55,896 nucleotides of DNA from Solirubrobacterales bacterium. Its GTDB lineage: Bacteria > Actinomycetota > Thermoleophilia > Solirubrobacterales > 70-9. Positions within the stretch are counted from its first letter, which is position 1. The number at the start of each line of letters is the position of its first letter. Below are positions 8,812 through 17,391 of the stretch, piece after piece. The position numbers and the translations under genes are program-made. The stretch covers positions 1 to 55,896 of the forward strand of contig DATNHC010000009.1 of assembly GCA_035605155.1 (NCBI GenBank), in the 5' to 3' direction. The notes beneath the pieces are model-generated. The model saw only the letters and a list, made by a program, of their open reading frames with translations, had not been told where the DNA came from and searched no databases.

Positions 8812-9590
8812 TCGCGCACCAGCTTGGCCGAGACGCTGCGCCCGTCGTCGAACTCAAAGCTCGCCCGCGCCAGGGGGAAGGGGGCTGAGGTGAAGCCGGC
8901 CGGGGCGGGGCAATCGGCTGCGGCGAAGCTCTTGCGCTTACCGGCGTGGGTGTAGCGGCGGGCGAGGGCCAGGTCGAAGGCCGAGATGTAGCCGTAGGAG
9001 GAGGCGATCGGCGGCAGGGTGCCGATCAGCGTCGTGCCGAAGGTCCCGGCGCTCTTTCTGAGCTCAAAGACGATCACGTAGGTGAGCGGCAGGGGCGCCT
9101 GGGTGGCGACCTGGGCGAGGATCGCGGGGCGGCCCTTGTAGCGGCCGTTGAAGGCGAGCAGCGGGCCGTTTGAGGCAAAGGCCCCCTGGCCGGGCAGGCT
9201 GATCCGCGAGGTGACGTTGCCGTGGCCGATCTGGGCATCGCCGCAGACGCGGCGCGCTTCGCTGGAGGAGATCGATTCGAGCCTTTGCAGCGGGCAGACG
9301 GCGAGGCCCTGGCTTTGCAGGCGCCCGTGGCGGTTGATCTCGAGCACGATCCGCTCCAGTTTGGGCGGCGTCGTGCGGTCGGTGGTCTTGATCTTGCCGC
9401 CCATGCGCACCGCGACCGGCGCGGCCTGCGTGCGCGGCAGGCGCTGGGGGGCGATCTCGCCGTGAAAGGAGACCACCAGGTTGCCCTTCTTGGCCAGCTC
9501 GGCGGTTGCGGGGCTCTGCGCGGCAAAGAGCAGCGCCGCGGCCAGGGCAAGGCCGCCCAGCAGGGTTCTGATCGTGCGGGGCGCCGCCAT
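8790..9590 (-). CDS. Secreted single-module protein (paralog of 8020..8811)
   Basis: Signal peptide (LLGGLALAAALLFAAQSPATA). Collinear similarity to its neighbour (GNLVVSFHGEIAP..., RVCGDAQIGHGN, LLAFNG, ends VRECKVRGK). Confidence 0.8.
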   Translation of the reverse strand: MAAPRTIRTLLGGLALAAALLFAAQSPATAELAKKGNLVVSFHGEIAPQRLPRTQAAPVAVRMGGKIKTTDRTTPPKLERIVLEINRHGRLQSQGLAVCPLQRLESISSSEARRVCGDAQIGHGNVTSRISLPGQGAFASNGPLLAFNGRYKGRPAILAQVATQAPLPLTYVIVFELRKSAGTFGTTLIGTLPPIASSYGYISAFDLALARRYTHAGKRKSFAAADCPAPAGFTSAPFPLARASFEFDDGRSVSAKLVRECKVRGK

Positions 9591-9598
9591 CGGTGCCC

Positions 9599-10219
9599 CT
9601 AGCGCACCAAGGGGTAGGCGCAGACGTACTCGGCGGGCGAGCCGACCGATATCTCAGAGATCGCCCCGGTGCCGCTGATCACCACGGTCGAGTAGCCGCC
9701 CCCGGTGGTGTTGCCGTAGTAGGCGTCGGTGAACTGGCGATCCGTGCCGGTGCCGGTGCCGAGGTTGATCGAGGCGCGCACCGAGTAAAGCGCCATCGGC
9801 GTGGGCAGGTAGCCGCCGCGCGCCGCGCACCCATCGGCCGCGGCGGCCAGGTTGGGCGCCGGTGGGTTCGATGCCGAATCGAAGCAGACGCCGCGCAGGA
9901 GGGTCGTCCCGGCCGGGCAGGCGGCGGCGTGGCCTGAAACCGTGTTGGCATTGCCCGCCCGGGTTGCCGCGGTGGCCTCGGGCACGGTGCCCAGGGCGGC
10001 GAGGTTGATGTCGGCGCCGCTCAGCGAGCCGTTTGCGACCTTCGATCCGTTGACCGCGTTTTTGGCGATCTTGCCGGTGGTCACCGCCTTTGCCCGCAGC
10101 TGGCGGGTGCCGACCGAGTTCTTATCCAGGGCGGCGTAGGCAGAGCCCGTGAGCGAGGCGATCAGGGCGATCGTCGCGATCACTGTGGCCGGTGAGGGCC
10201 GGCTGATGCCAAGCTTCAT
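9599..10219 (-). CDS. N-terminally anchored/secreted hypothetical protein with a Cys-containing C-terminal domain
   Basis: GGAGGA Shine-Dalgarno 6 nt upstream of the ATG. N-terminus VIATIALIASLTGSAYAALDKNSVGTRQLRAKAVTTGKIAKNAVNGSKV (short amphipathic repeats). C-terminal part has 4 Cys (AACPAGTTLLRGVCFD...DGCAARGGYLPT...EYVCAY). Confidence 0.75.
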   Translation of the reverse strand: MKLGISRPSPATVIATIALIASLTGSAYAALDKNSVGTRQLRAKAVTTGKIAKNAVNGSKVANGSLSGADINLAALGTVPEATAATRAGNANTVSGHAAACPAGTTLLRGVCFDSASNPPAPNLAAAADGCAARGGYLPTPMALYSVRASINLGTGTGTDRQFTDAYYGNTTGGGYSTVVISGTGAISEISVGSPAEYVCAYPLVR

Positions 10220-10237
10220 CTTGTTCCTCCGAGTCTC

Positions 10238-12943
10238 TTAGCGGCGCGCGCGCCGGTTGTCAGTGCCCTGGCGTTTGCCGCAGGCGGCCTTGATCGCGAC
10301 CTTCTGGGTGCGGGCCTTGCCGTTTTGGCCTGTGAACTCGACCAGCGCCTGGGGCGCCTTGCCCGCGCAAAGGCTCTTGGTGTTGACCAGGTAGCCCTGC
10401 GCGCCGCCGAGCAGGTCGAGGCGGAAATGGCCGACCGGGGCGTCGGGGATCACCGGCACGGTGGTCTTCAGGTGGCCCCTTTTGACCGAGGCCGAGCGGG
10501 CCTCGGGCATGATCGTCACCTGGCCGCCGAGGATGAAGATCAGGCGGGGCAGGCGGCCGTAGCCTGAGACCGCGTAGGCGGGGCCCGCCAGGGGCTGATC
10601 GAGGAGGGGCGTATCGACCCGCGCGCCGCCGATCGGCTGGCGCCCCGCGCAGCGTTTGGCGGCGAGCTCGGCCTTGGAGCAGATGTTGCCGAGGTGGCCC
10701 TGGTCGATCGCGAAGTCCTTGGGCAGGGTGACCGAGAGCGAGCGGATGTTGGCGTCGGCGGGGCGGGTGTAGAGGTCTACTCGCAGGGCGGGGTTCTTGG
10801 AGCGCTTGGTCTGCTTCTTGCCACCCAGCTGGGTGATCGCCATCCTTGGCCGGAAGCCGAGCGTTGCGCAGTTGACGACGTTAAAGAGCGAGCTGAAGGC
10901 GGCCACCGTGCCCTGATCGCCGATCCCCTGGCTTTTCACCGCGAGCGCCTCACAGTTGGTCGGGTTGAGGGTGAAGCCCGGGCGGGTCAGGTTGACCTCG
11001 ATCGAGCGCAGGCGGATCGGCACGCCGCCGACGATCGCCGGAACGGTGTCAGAGAGCGCGGTGACCTGGGCGGTGGCCGGATCGACGTTGACGGCGACCC
11101 TAACGACGATCGTGCCGTAGTCATAGGGGCCGGCCAGGGCCGGGGTGACCGCGACCAGGGAGAGCGGCGCGCCCTTGAAGGGCCCGGCGAAATACATCTT
11201 GCCCTGGGCGTGGAAGGGGTGGCTGCCGGGACCGGCGGCGACGTTGGTAGTGCCGATCAGGCTCTGGGCGGGACAGCTCGGCGCGGCCTGCTCGGCGAGG
11301 CCCGGCTTTTGGGCGGCGGCGAGGATCGCCGCCTCAGGACAGTAGGCCAGGCCGCGCAGCGAGCCGGTGAAGCCCGGCGGCATGGTGAAGCCCAGGTCAC
11401 CGATGAACTGGTCGCCGTCGTCGCGATCGAGCTTCAGGTGAAAGTCAGAGAAGGCGCCGGCCAGCGGGTTTGAGGTGCCGGCCGCAAGGCGCGGTGAGAA
11501 GGGGCGGGTGGTGCCCGGGCAGGAGGCGCCGCCGGGACCGGAGGAAAGCTCGAAGAACTGCTCAGAGCGCTGGTCTGCCAAGACCACGTTCCAGGGGAAG
11601 AAGTGGGCGTCGACCCGGTAGACCGAGCAGTGGGTGGGGGTGGCGACGAGGCCGCGGTCAGAGGCGAAGAGGTGCAGGTCGAAGGTCTCAAAGGAGACCT
11701 GGGGCAGGTCCTCGATCAGGGCGGTGATGCGGCCTGTGGTGGGATCGGGGTGGAAGGTGCCAAGCAGCTTGGCGTTGATGCCAAAGCCCGAGGCGAGCAA
11801 GAAGAAGCGGTACTGGTTGCCGGGCTTTGGCTGGCCCAGGTAGATCGAGCCGGTCAGCGGCCCGTCGAGGGAGGGCGAGTCGACCTCGAAGGTGCCGATC
11901 TTGGCGTTGTCAGGGCAGTTGTGGGGGGCCTCTGAGTCAAAGCCGGCCTCTGCGTCTAGGCAGGCCCTCTGCCCGTCGGCGGCGTCGGGGTTGATCGTCA
12001 GCCCCTCGGGCAGGGTCAGGGTGGCGCTTTTGATCGGCGAGGGGGTGGTCGATCTGCCAAGCGGCTGGGGGGCTGCCATTTCGATGTCAAAGCCCGCCGG
12101 GGCGTCGGTCTCCTTGCTGGTCGGGGTCGCCAGGAGCACCGGTTTGAAGGTCATCGCCGAACAGCCCGTGGAGGCCGGGTAGGCGGCCTCGGCGTGGGTC
12201 GGGTTGCCGGGGTCCTGGTAGGTGGTGAGGTCGAGGGAGACCGCCAGGGGCGCCCCGGTGCAGATCGAGGGGTTGTTGATCAGCGGGTTGACCGAGATCC
12301 CCGCCGAGGTCGGTTTTGTCAGGCAATCGGCGCCGGCTTTGCCCGGGCAGCCGACCGTGCCTTTGGGGAAGCGCTCTGGGTCGTGGATCTCATCGGCCGG
12401 AAAGCCCCAGTAGGTGAGCTCGGCTTTTGCCAAGGGCGTCAGCTGGGTCAGGTTGGCGACGGTGAAGCGCAGGCCGTAGTCGGTGGTGGTGCGCACCGCG
12501 ACCGGGATCGAGATCGGGATTTCCAATCCCGGCACGATGAAGCCAAAGAGCGCCGTCTGGGCGCCGGGCGGTTCGCGGTTATAGATCGGCGCGGTGCCGA
12601 GCAGGGCGTTGGGGTTTCCTTCGTGGTTGGCGCGAATCGTGATCAGGCCGACCTGAGAGGTGGAGGGGCAGCGCTTGAAGGCGAAGTCCTCAGAGGTGCA
12701 TTTGGGCACCGCGTTGGGGTTGCCGAAGAGGCCCTCGGGGGTGTTGACGGCGACGTCCTTGGCGGCCTCCGGGGCACCCGGCGAGTCGAGCGTAAAGGAC
12801 ATCTTGACGTCGGGGTGCCCGCCGGCCTGGGTGGTGGAGGTGGTTACGGTGAAGTCGTTGATCGCTTGGGAGGCCTGGGCGGGAGTCGCCAAGGCGCAGG
12901 CGGCCAGGCAGGCCGTAAGGGTGAGCAGGGCACGTGACCTCAT
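10238..12943 (-). CDS. Secreted ~900-aa multi-module protein, 'B-type' (paralog of 17391..20204), function unknown
   Basis: Signal peptide (LLTLTACLAACALATPAQA). Collinear with the paralog (QAGGHPDVKMSF; TLPEGLTINPDAADGQRAC; IGTFEVDSPSL..GSIYLGQPKPGNQYRFFL). Four recurrences of an LP-x-G...C...C(P)...[IV]G unit. ATG overlaps the upstream stop (ATGA 12940..12943). Confidence 0.85.
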   Translation of the reverse strand: MRSRALLTLTACLAACALATPAQASQAINDFTVTTSTTQAGGHPDVKMSFTLDSPGAPEAAKDVAVNTPEGLFGNPNAVPKCTSEDFAFKRCPSTSQVGLITIRANHEGNPNALLGTAPIYNREPPGAQTALFGFIVPGLEIPISIPVAVRTTTDYGLRFTVANLTQLTPLAKAELTYWGFPADEIHDPERFPKGTVGCPGKAGADCLTKPTSAGISVNPLINNPSICTGAPLAVSLDLTTYQDPGNPTHAEAAYPASTGCSAMTFKPVLLATPTSKETDAPAGFDIEMAAPQPLGRSTTPSPIKSATLTLPEGLTINPDAADGQRACLDAEAGFDSEAPHNCPDNAKIGTFEVDSPSLDGPLTGSIYLGQPKPGNQYRFFLLASGFGINAKLLGTFHPDPTTGRITALIEDLPQVSFETFDLHLFASDRGLVATPTHCSVYRVDAHFFPWNVVLADQRSEQFFELSSGPGGASCPGTTRPFSPRLAAGTSNPLAGAFSDFHLKLDRDDGDQFIGDLGFTMPPGFTGSLRGLAYCPEAAILAAAQKPGLAEQAAPSCPAQSLIGTTNVAAGPGSHPFHAQGKMYFAGPFKGAPLSLVAVTPALAGPYDYGTIVVRVAVNVDPATAQVTALSDTVPAIVGGVPIRLRSIEVNLTRPGFTLNPTNCEALAVKSQGIGDQGTVAAFSSLFNVVNCATLGFRPRMAITQLGGKKQTKRSKNPALRVDLYTRPADANIRSLSVTLPKDFAIDQGHLGNICSKAELAAKRCAGRQPIGGARVDTPLLDQPLAGPAYAVSGYGRLPRLIFILGGQVTIMPEARSASVKRGHLKTTVPVIPDAPVGHFRLDLLGGAQGYLVNTKSLCAGKAPQALVEFTGQNGKARTQKVAIKAACGKRQGTDNRRARR

Positions 12944-15900
12944 CGCCTGCCGCCTCTCTGCGTGCCCCGCTGTTTCTGTTTATTGGGCTTGCGCGCCACG
13001 CAGCGCCTCTTGCCGGCGCGGCGCACCGCCCGCTTGCCTTTCGGGCAGCGCTTGGGCTTTGCCGTCGGCTTTGCCTGGTTGGGGCTCGAGCCCAGGGTGC
13101 CGATCGCCGCCGGCGGCGCGGCCTGGGTGCCGGGCCCGTGGCACTCGTCGGCCGCCGCGCAGGGGGGCGGTGGGGGGATGTGGAAGAAGCCGCCACCCTC
13201 GCGGGCGTCATAGAGCTTCATCAGGGTGCCGTTGCCATCCCCCTCAACCAGCGTCTCGCGGGTGAAGAAAAAGGCGTCGGTGCCGTCGGCTGTGACCGTG
13301 AGCAGGCCCGAGTCGAAGGGGTCCTGGCCGGTGGAGATCAGCTCGACCTTGCCCTCTTTCCACTCATAGGCGTCTTGCTTTGCGTTGGCATCGCGCAGGA
13401 CCAGGGGCTCGGCCGTGTTGAAGAAGACCCGCCCGTCATCGCTCAAGCCGAGGCCCGCCTTTGGCAGCGAGGCGTGGCCCTGGGGCTCGGCGCCGGTGGC
13501 GCTGCAGGAGGCGCAGGAGATCTGCCCGCCGGATGCCTCATAGCGGAAGACCTGGCGCATATCGGCCGTCTCGAAGCCGCTCCCAGTCAGATCGAGCGAG
13601 GAGGGGAAGGCGGCGTAGGCGCTTGTGGGGGTGACCTGGAAGTCTGCCGTGTGGCGAGTGTCGGGCTCGGCGACGGAGTCGATCACCAGCGGGTTGTCAT
13701 AGGCGGCATCAAGCGGCGCCTCTGGCGGGCCGAAGAGCGCCACCTGGCCGTCTGCCGTGTCTGAGATCGCCAGGCGCCCGGCGTTGGCGGCGAGGCCGAC
13801 CGAGTCGCTCAGCACCCCTGCGCCGAACGCGGGGCCGACCTGGGCGCCGCTCGGGTCGTACTCGATCACCTGGCCCTGGCGGTCGACGTATATGTGGTCG
13901 TCGGTGGGGTCGACGGCGAGGCCGTAGGAGGGGGCGCTCTCCAGCACTTTGACGAAGGCGCCGCTGGAGTCGTAGATACGGGTTTCGGTGCCGTTGGTGA
14001 CGTAGGTGGTGCCGGCGGAGTCCACGGCGACCGAGTAGGCGACGCCAGGCACGGTGAAGGAGGTGGGGGCGACGGGTTCGGCGGGTTCGGCGGTGTTATA
14101 GACCTGGATCGTCGAGTCGCCGCCGAAGATGCCGAAAAGCGGCGAGGCGGCGACGTAGAGGTGGCCGTTTGCCGGGTTGACGGCCACGCCAACGGGGTGG
14201 AGGCCGCCGAATTCGCCGATCGTGATTTTCGCCTCATAGGCGCCAGTGGAGGAGAAGCGCTTGACCGCGTTGTTGCCGAAGTCGGGCACGTAGAGGTCGC
14301 GATAGTTGGGCGAAGCGGGGTAGTTGTCGACCGCGACCTGGGTCGGCAGGCCGACGGGGAAGCCGAGGATGGAGCTGTCGCCGAACTCCAGGAAAACGGA
14401 ACCCGAGGAGGCGCCATCCTCTTTGCTCTCCGTGCCGAAGGAGCTCACCGCTTTGCCGTCTTTGTCGAACTTCTGCACGTAGGCGCCGGGACTGGATAGC
14501 GTGTTGGCGTTGTCGAGCACGTAGATCGAGCCGTCTGCGGCGTCGATCGCAACCCCCTCGGGTTTGCCGAAGCTGCCGAAGGAGAGCGTGTGGTTGTGGG
14601 TGAGCTGGCCCAGCGGCGTGGAGGCGCTCGACTCAAGGGTGGCGAGGAGCTGCGGCGCCTGGCCCGGGGCGGAGCGGAAGAGGTTGGGGGCGCCCTCTGT
14701 GCCCTGGCCGTCGAGTTTCTCCGGGCTGAGGAAGTGGACCGTGCCATCCGCTGCCACCCCACCGCCACCGCCCACGGCGACCACTGAGCAGTCCTGGGCC
14801 CCGCCCGGCAGCGCGTTCCAGTCCTCGATGTTGAAGCTGTTGGCGGCCGGGTCGCAGGCGTCGGTGTCGCCGGCGCCGCCCATGCCGAGCGAGACGCGGC
14901 GAAGCGTGGCCGTGCTCGTCTCGAAGCGGAAGAGGTCGGCTGAGGTGTCGGTGTCCTGATCTGCCGCGGTGGCGAGCGGGTCGGGGGTGGTGAAGTAGAG
15001 CTGGGAGCCGTCAGCGGACATACCGGCGTAGTGGGCGCCGATCGTGGTGGCGGGTGTCAGCTCAAGCGAGTTGGGCGAGCCTGCCTGGTGCAGGTAGAGG
15101 TGGTGCAGCGGGTTGCCGGCGGCGTCCTGGCCGACCTCGACGCCGATCACGACGCGAGATCCGTCCTCGGAGACGTCGAGCGCTACGACTTCCTGCCCGG
15201 CTTTGATCGTCGTGCCGTCGGGCAGGGTGGAGGCGACCTCGGTCGTGTTGGCGATGAGGTCGCGCGAGTAGATCGTCAGGTTGCCGTCCTCGGGGTTGCC
15301 GGCCGGCTCGAACTGCTGCTCTGAGGCAAAGAGCAGGTGAGAGCCGTCGGCGGAGAGCTGCTCTTTGACCGCGCCGGGGACGTTCTCGGGCATCGGCACG
15401 GGTATCGAGCCCGCCATGCCCTGGACCAGCTCTCCCTCCGGGGTGCGCAGCGGGATGCCGGTCGAGCCGTCGGCAAAGCAGGGGTTGCAGATCTCAGGCC
15501 CGGCGAAGGCGAATGAGGAGAGCGAGGCATCGGCGCCGCCCAGGGTCGAGGAGAAGGGCGGTGAGACGCTGGGGCCCTCGGGAGCGTCGGCGGGGATGCC
15601 GACGTAGGTGGTCTCCCAGCGCTGGTTCTCAGCATCGCGCACGGCCAGGTAGGGGTCGGGGCCGCGGTTGGTCGGGTTGCCCGTGCCCGGGATGCCGCCG
15701 TCTTTGACCGAGTAGAGCGCTCTGCCGGGGGCCTCGGGGTAGCCGCCGAAGGGCAGCTCGCCGGGGACCAGGTCAGAGGTGACGTTATAGCCGCCCTGGT
15801 CTGAGGCAGAGACGAGCTCATAGGCGCGGCAGTCGAGCAGGAAGCCGGCGCCGGTCTGCTGGCGGGCGAGGTTGTTTTCACAGGAGGGATCGAATTTCTG

Positions 15901-17391
15901 CTCGGGGTAGGTGTGGAAGCTGCGGTCGGCGCCGTAGGCGGGGCCTTCGGAGTTGGTGGCGACCAGGCGGTAGAAGTAGGTGGTGTCGGGTTGCAGGCCG
16001 GCGATGTGGACAGCTGCGGGCACCGGGTAGAGGGCGGCGCCGACATCGTCTGCGTCGGTGCTCGTCTCACACGGGTTGGCCGAGCAGGGGGCGCTGCCGT
16101 ACTGCACCTGCACCGTGGTGTCGGCGAGGTTGGCGGTCACGGGGGCTTTGACGACGGCGCTCGAGAGGGTGATCTCCCCCACTTTCTGGGTGCCCACAAC
16201 GGGCGGCTCTGGCGCCGGGACGTCGAAGACATGGACCTGGCCGGCGACTTGGTCGGTCAGGTAGAGCTTGTGGGTCGGGGAGATGGCGAGGCCGCCCCAG
16301 GCGGGGCGTCCTCCGCTGAATGACTGAAGCGGCGGCGAGAGCTGATCGGTGCAGTCGACCTGCTGGCCACCGGGGTGGAACTCGGTGATGGTCGCGCCGC
16401 CGCCAAGCTCCTCGCAGCCGCGTTTGTAGTTGCGGGCGGCCAGGGGGAACTCGGTCTGCGGATCGACGGCGATCAGTTCCCAGGTGCTGTTCGAAACGGA
16501 TCCATGGCCGCCGTAGGTTTGCTCGGCCCTGACTTCGGTCCCGGTGAGGCTGAAGTCGCCCGCGGCGAAGCGTATCGGCGGCCCTTCAAAGTCGATGACG
16601 TAGAGGTCGCCGGCAGAGTTGACCGCGACGTCTCCGGGGATTCTCATGTCGTCGGCAATCTGGCCGACAAAGCTCGCCGCCGAGTCGAATTTCTGCACCC
16701 GCGGGTTGGGAACCGCTTTGAGATCGCCGACGTAGACGAAGCCCTCGCCGTCGACGGCCAGGCCGCCGCCGAAGGGCCAGCCACCGAACTGACCCGGCTC
16801 GCTGGGCACGCCGGGGGTGGGTGGGGCGGTGCTGAAGTCTTCGGGGACGCCCGAGACGTTGCCCGCCTTGCAGGTGTGACCGGCGGTGCAGACGTGCCCG
16901 CCGGTGTCGAGGTCGACGTTCTTGCCCCAGGTGAGGACGAACTGGCCTGTGGCGGTGAAGCGCTGGATGCGGTTGTTGGCGGTGTCCTGCACGTAGACCG
17001 AGCCGGCGGCGGGGCCGTCTGAGTTGTCGACCGCGATGCTGCCCGGGCTCGAGAACTGCCCGGCCTCACCGCCCCCCGCTCCCGCCTGGCAGGTGTGTTC
17101 GGAGGCGGCGGTGCAGACGTCGCCGTTAGTGGTGGCATCGACGCTCTTGCCCCAGGTGCGGATGAAGTCGCCGTCGGCGTCGAACTGGACGATGCGGTTG
17201 TTGCCCGAGTCGGCGACGTAGACGTCGCCGGTGGCGTGGTTGACGGCGACGCCGGTGGGGTTGTCGAGCTGCCCGGCGCCTTGGCCTTTGGCGGCGAAGC
17301 TGAAGTCGAAGGCCAGCTCTGCCTGGGCGGGGGCGGCGGTGAGCGCCAGGGCGGCGATCGTGGTGAGAATCGCTGGAATCGCCTTGCGCAT
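12940..17391 (-). CDS. Giant secreted NHL-repeat / FN3-like / TolB(PD40)-like propeller protein, 'A-type', with a PCAAADECHG + C-x14-C-V polybasic C-terminus
   Basis: Signal peptide (ILTTIAALALTAAPAQA). NHL blades (NRIVQFDADGDFIRTWG, NRIQRFTATGQFVLTWG, each with a vC..x..C[KQ]AG insert). One FN3-like repeat (..LQPDTTYFYRLVATNSEGPAYG). PD40-like DGS[HRQ]..F repeats. Further NHL blades. Tail: PPPPPCAAADECHG...KRCPKGKRAVRRAGKRRCVARKPNKQKQRGTQRGGRR. Confidence 0.9.
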   Translation of the reverse strand: MRKAIPAILTTIAALALTAAPAQAELAFDFSFAAKGQGAGQLDNPTGVAVNHATGDVYVADSGNNRIVQFDADGDFIRTWGKSVDATTNGDVCTAASEHTCQAGAGGGEAGQFSSPGSIAVDNSDGPAAGSVYVQDTANNRIQRFTATGQFVLTWGKNVDLDTGGHVCTAGHTCKAGNVSGVPEDFSTAPPTPGVPSEPGQFGGWPFGGGLAVDGEGFVYVGDLKAVPNPRVQKFDSAASFVGQIADDMRIPGDVAVNSAGDLYVIDFEGPPIRFAAGDFSLTGTEVRAEQTYGGHGSVSNSTWELIAVDPQTEFPLAARNYKRGCEELGGGATITEFHPGGQQVDCTDQLSPPLQSFSGGRPAWGGLAISPTHKLYLTDQVAGQVHVFDVPAPEPPVVGTQKVGEITLSSAVVKAPVTANLADTTVQVQYGSAPCSANPCETSTDADDVGAALYPVPAAVHIAGLQPDTTYFYRLVATNSEGPAYGADRSFHTYPEQKFDPSCENNLARQQTGAGFLLDCRAYELVSASDQGGYNVTSDLVPGELPFGGYPEAPGRALYSVKDGGIPGTGNPTNRGPDPYLAVRDAENQRWETTYVGIPADAPEGPSVSPPFSSTLGGADASLSSFAFAGPEICNPCFADGSTGIPLRTPEGELVQGMAGSIPVPMPENVPGAVKEQLSADGSHLLFASEQQFEPAGNPEDGNLTIYSRDLIANTTEVASTLPDGTTIKAGQEVVALDVSEDGSRVVIGVEVGQDAAGNPLHHLYLHQAGSPNSLELTPATTIGAHYAGMSADGSQLYFTTPDPLATAADQDTDTSADLFRFETSTATLRRVSLGMGGAGDTDACDPAANSFNIEDWNALPGGAQDCSVVAVGGGGGVAADGTVHFLSPEKLDGQGTEGAPNLFRSAPGQAPQLLATLESSASTPLGQLTHNHTLSFGSFGKPEGVAIDAADGSIYVLDNANTLSSPGAYVQKFDKDGKAVSSFGTESKEDGASSGSVFLEFGDSSILGFPVGLPTQVAVDNYPASPNYRDLYVPDFGNNAVKRFSSTGAYEAKITIGEFGGLHPVGVAVNPANGHLYVAASPLFGIFGGDSTIQVYNTAEPAEPVAPTSFTVPGVAYSVAVDSAGTTYVTNGTETRIYDSSGAFVKVLESAPSYGLAVDPTDDHIYVDRQGQVIEYDPSGAQVGPAFGAGVLSDSVGLAANAGRLAISDTADGQVALFGPPEAPLDAAYDNPLVIDSVAEPDTRHTADFQVTPTSAYAAFPSSLDLTGSGFETADMRQVFRYEASGGQISCASCSATGAEPQGHASLPKAGLGLSDDGRVFFNTAEPLVLRDANAKQDAYEWKEGKVELISTGQDPFDSGLLTVTADGTDAFFFTRETLVEGDGNGTLMKLYDAREGGGFFHIPPPPPCAAADECHGPGTQAAPPAAIGTLGSSPNQAKPTAKPKRCPKGKRAVRRAGKRRCVARKPNKQKQRGTQRGGRR

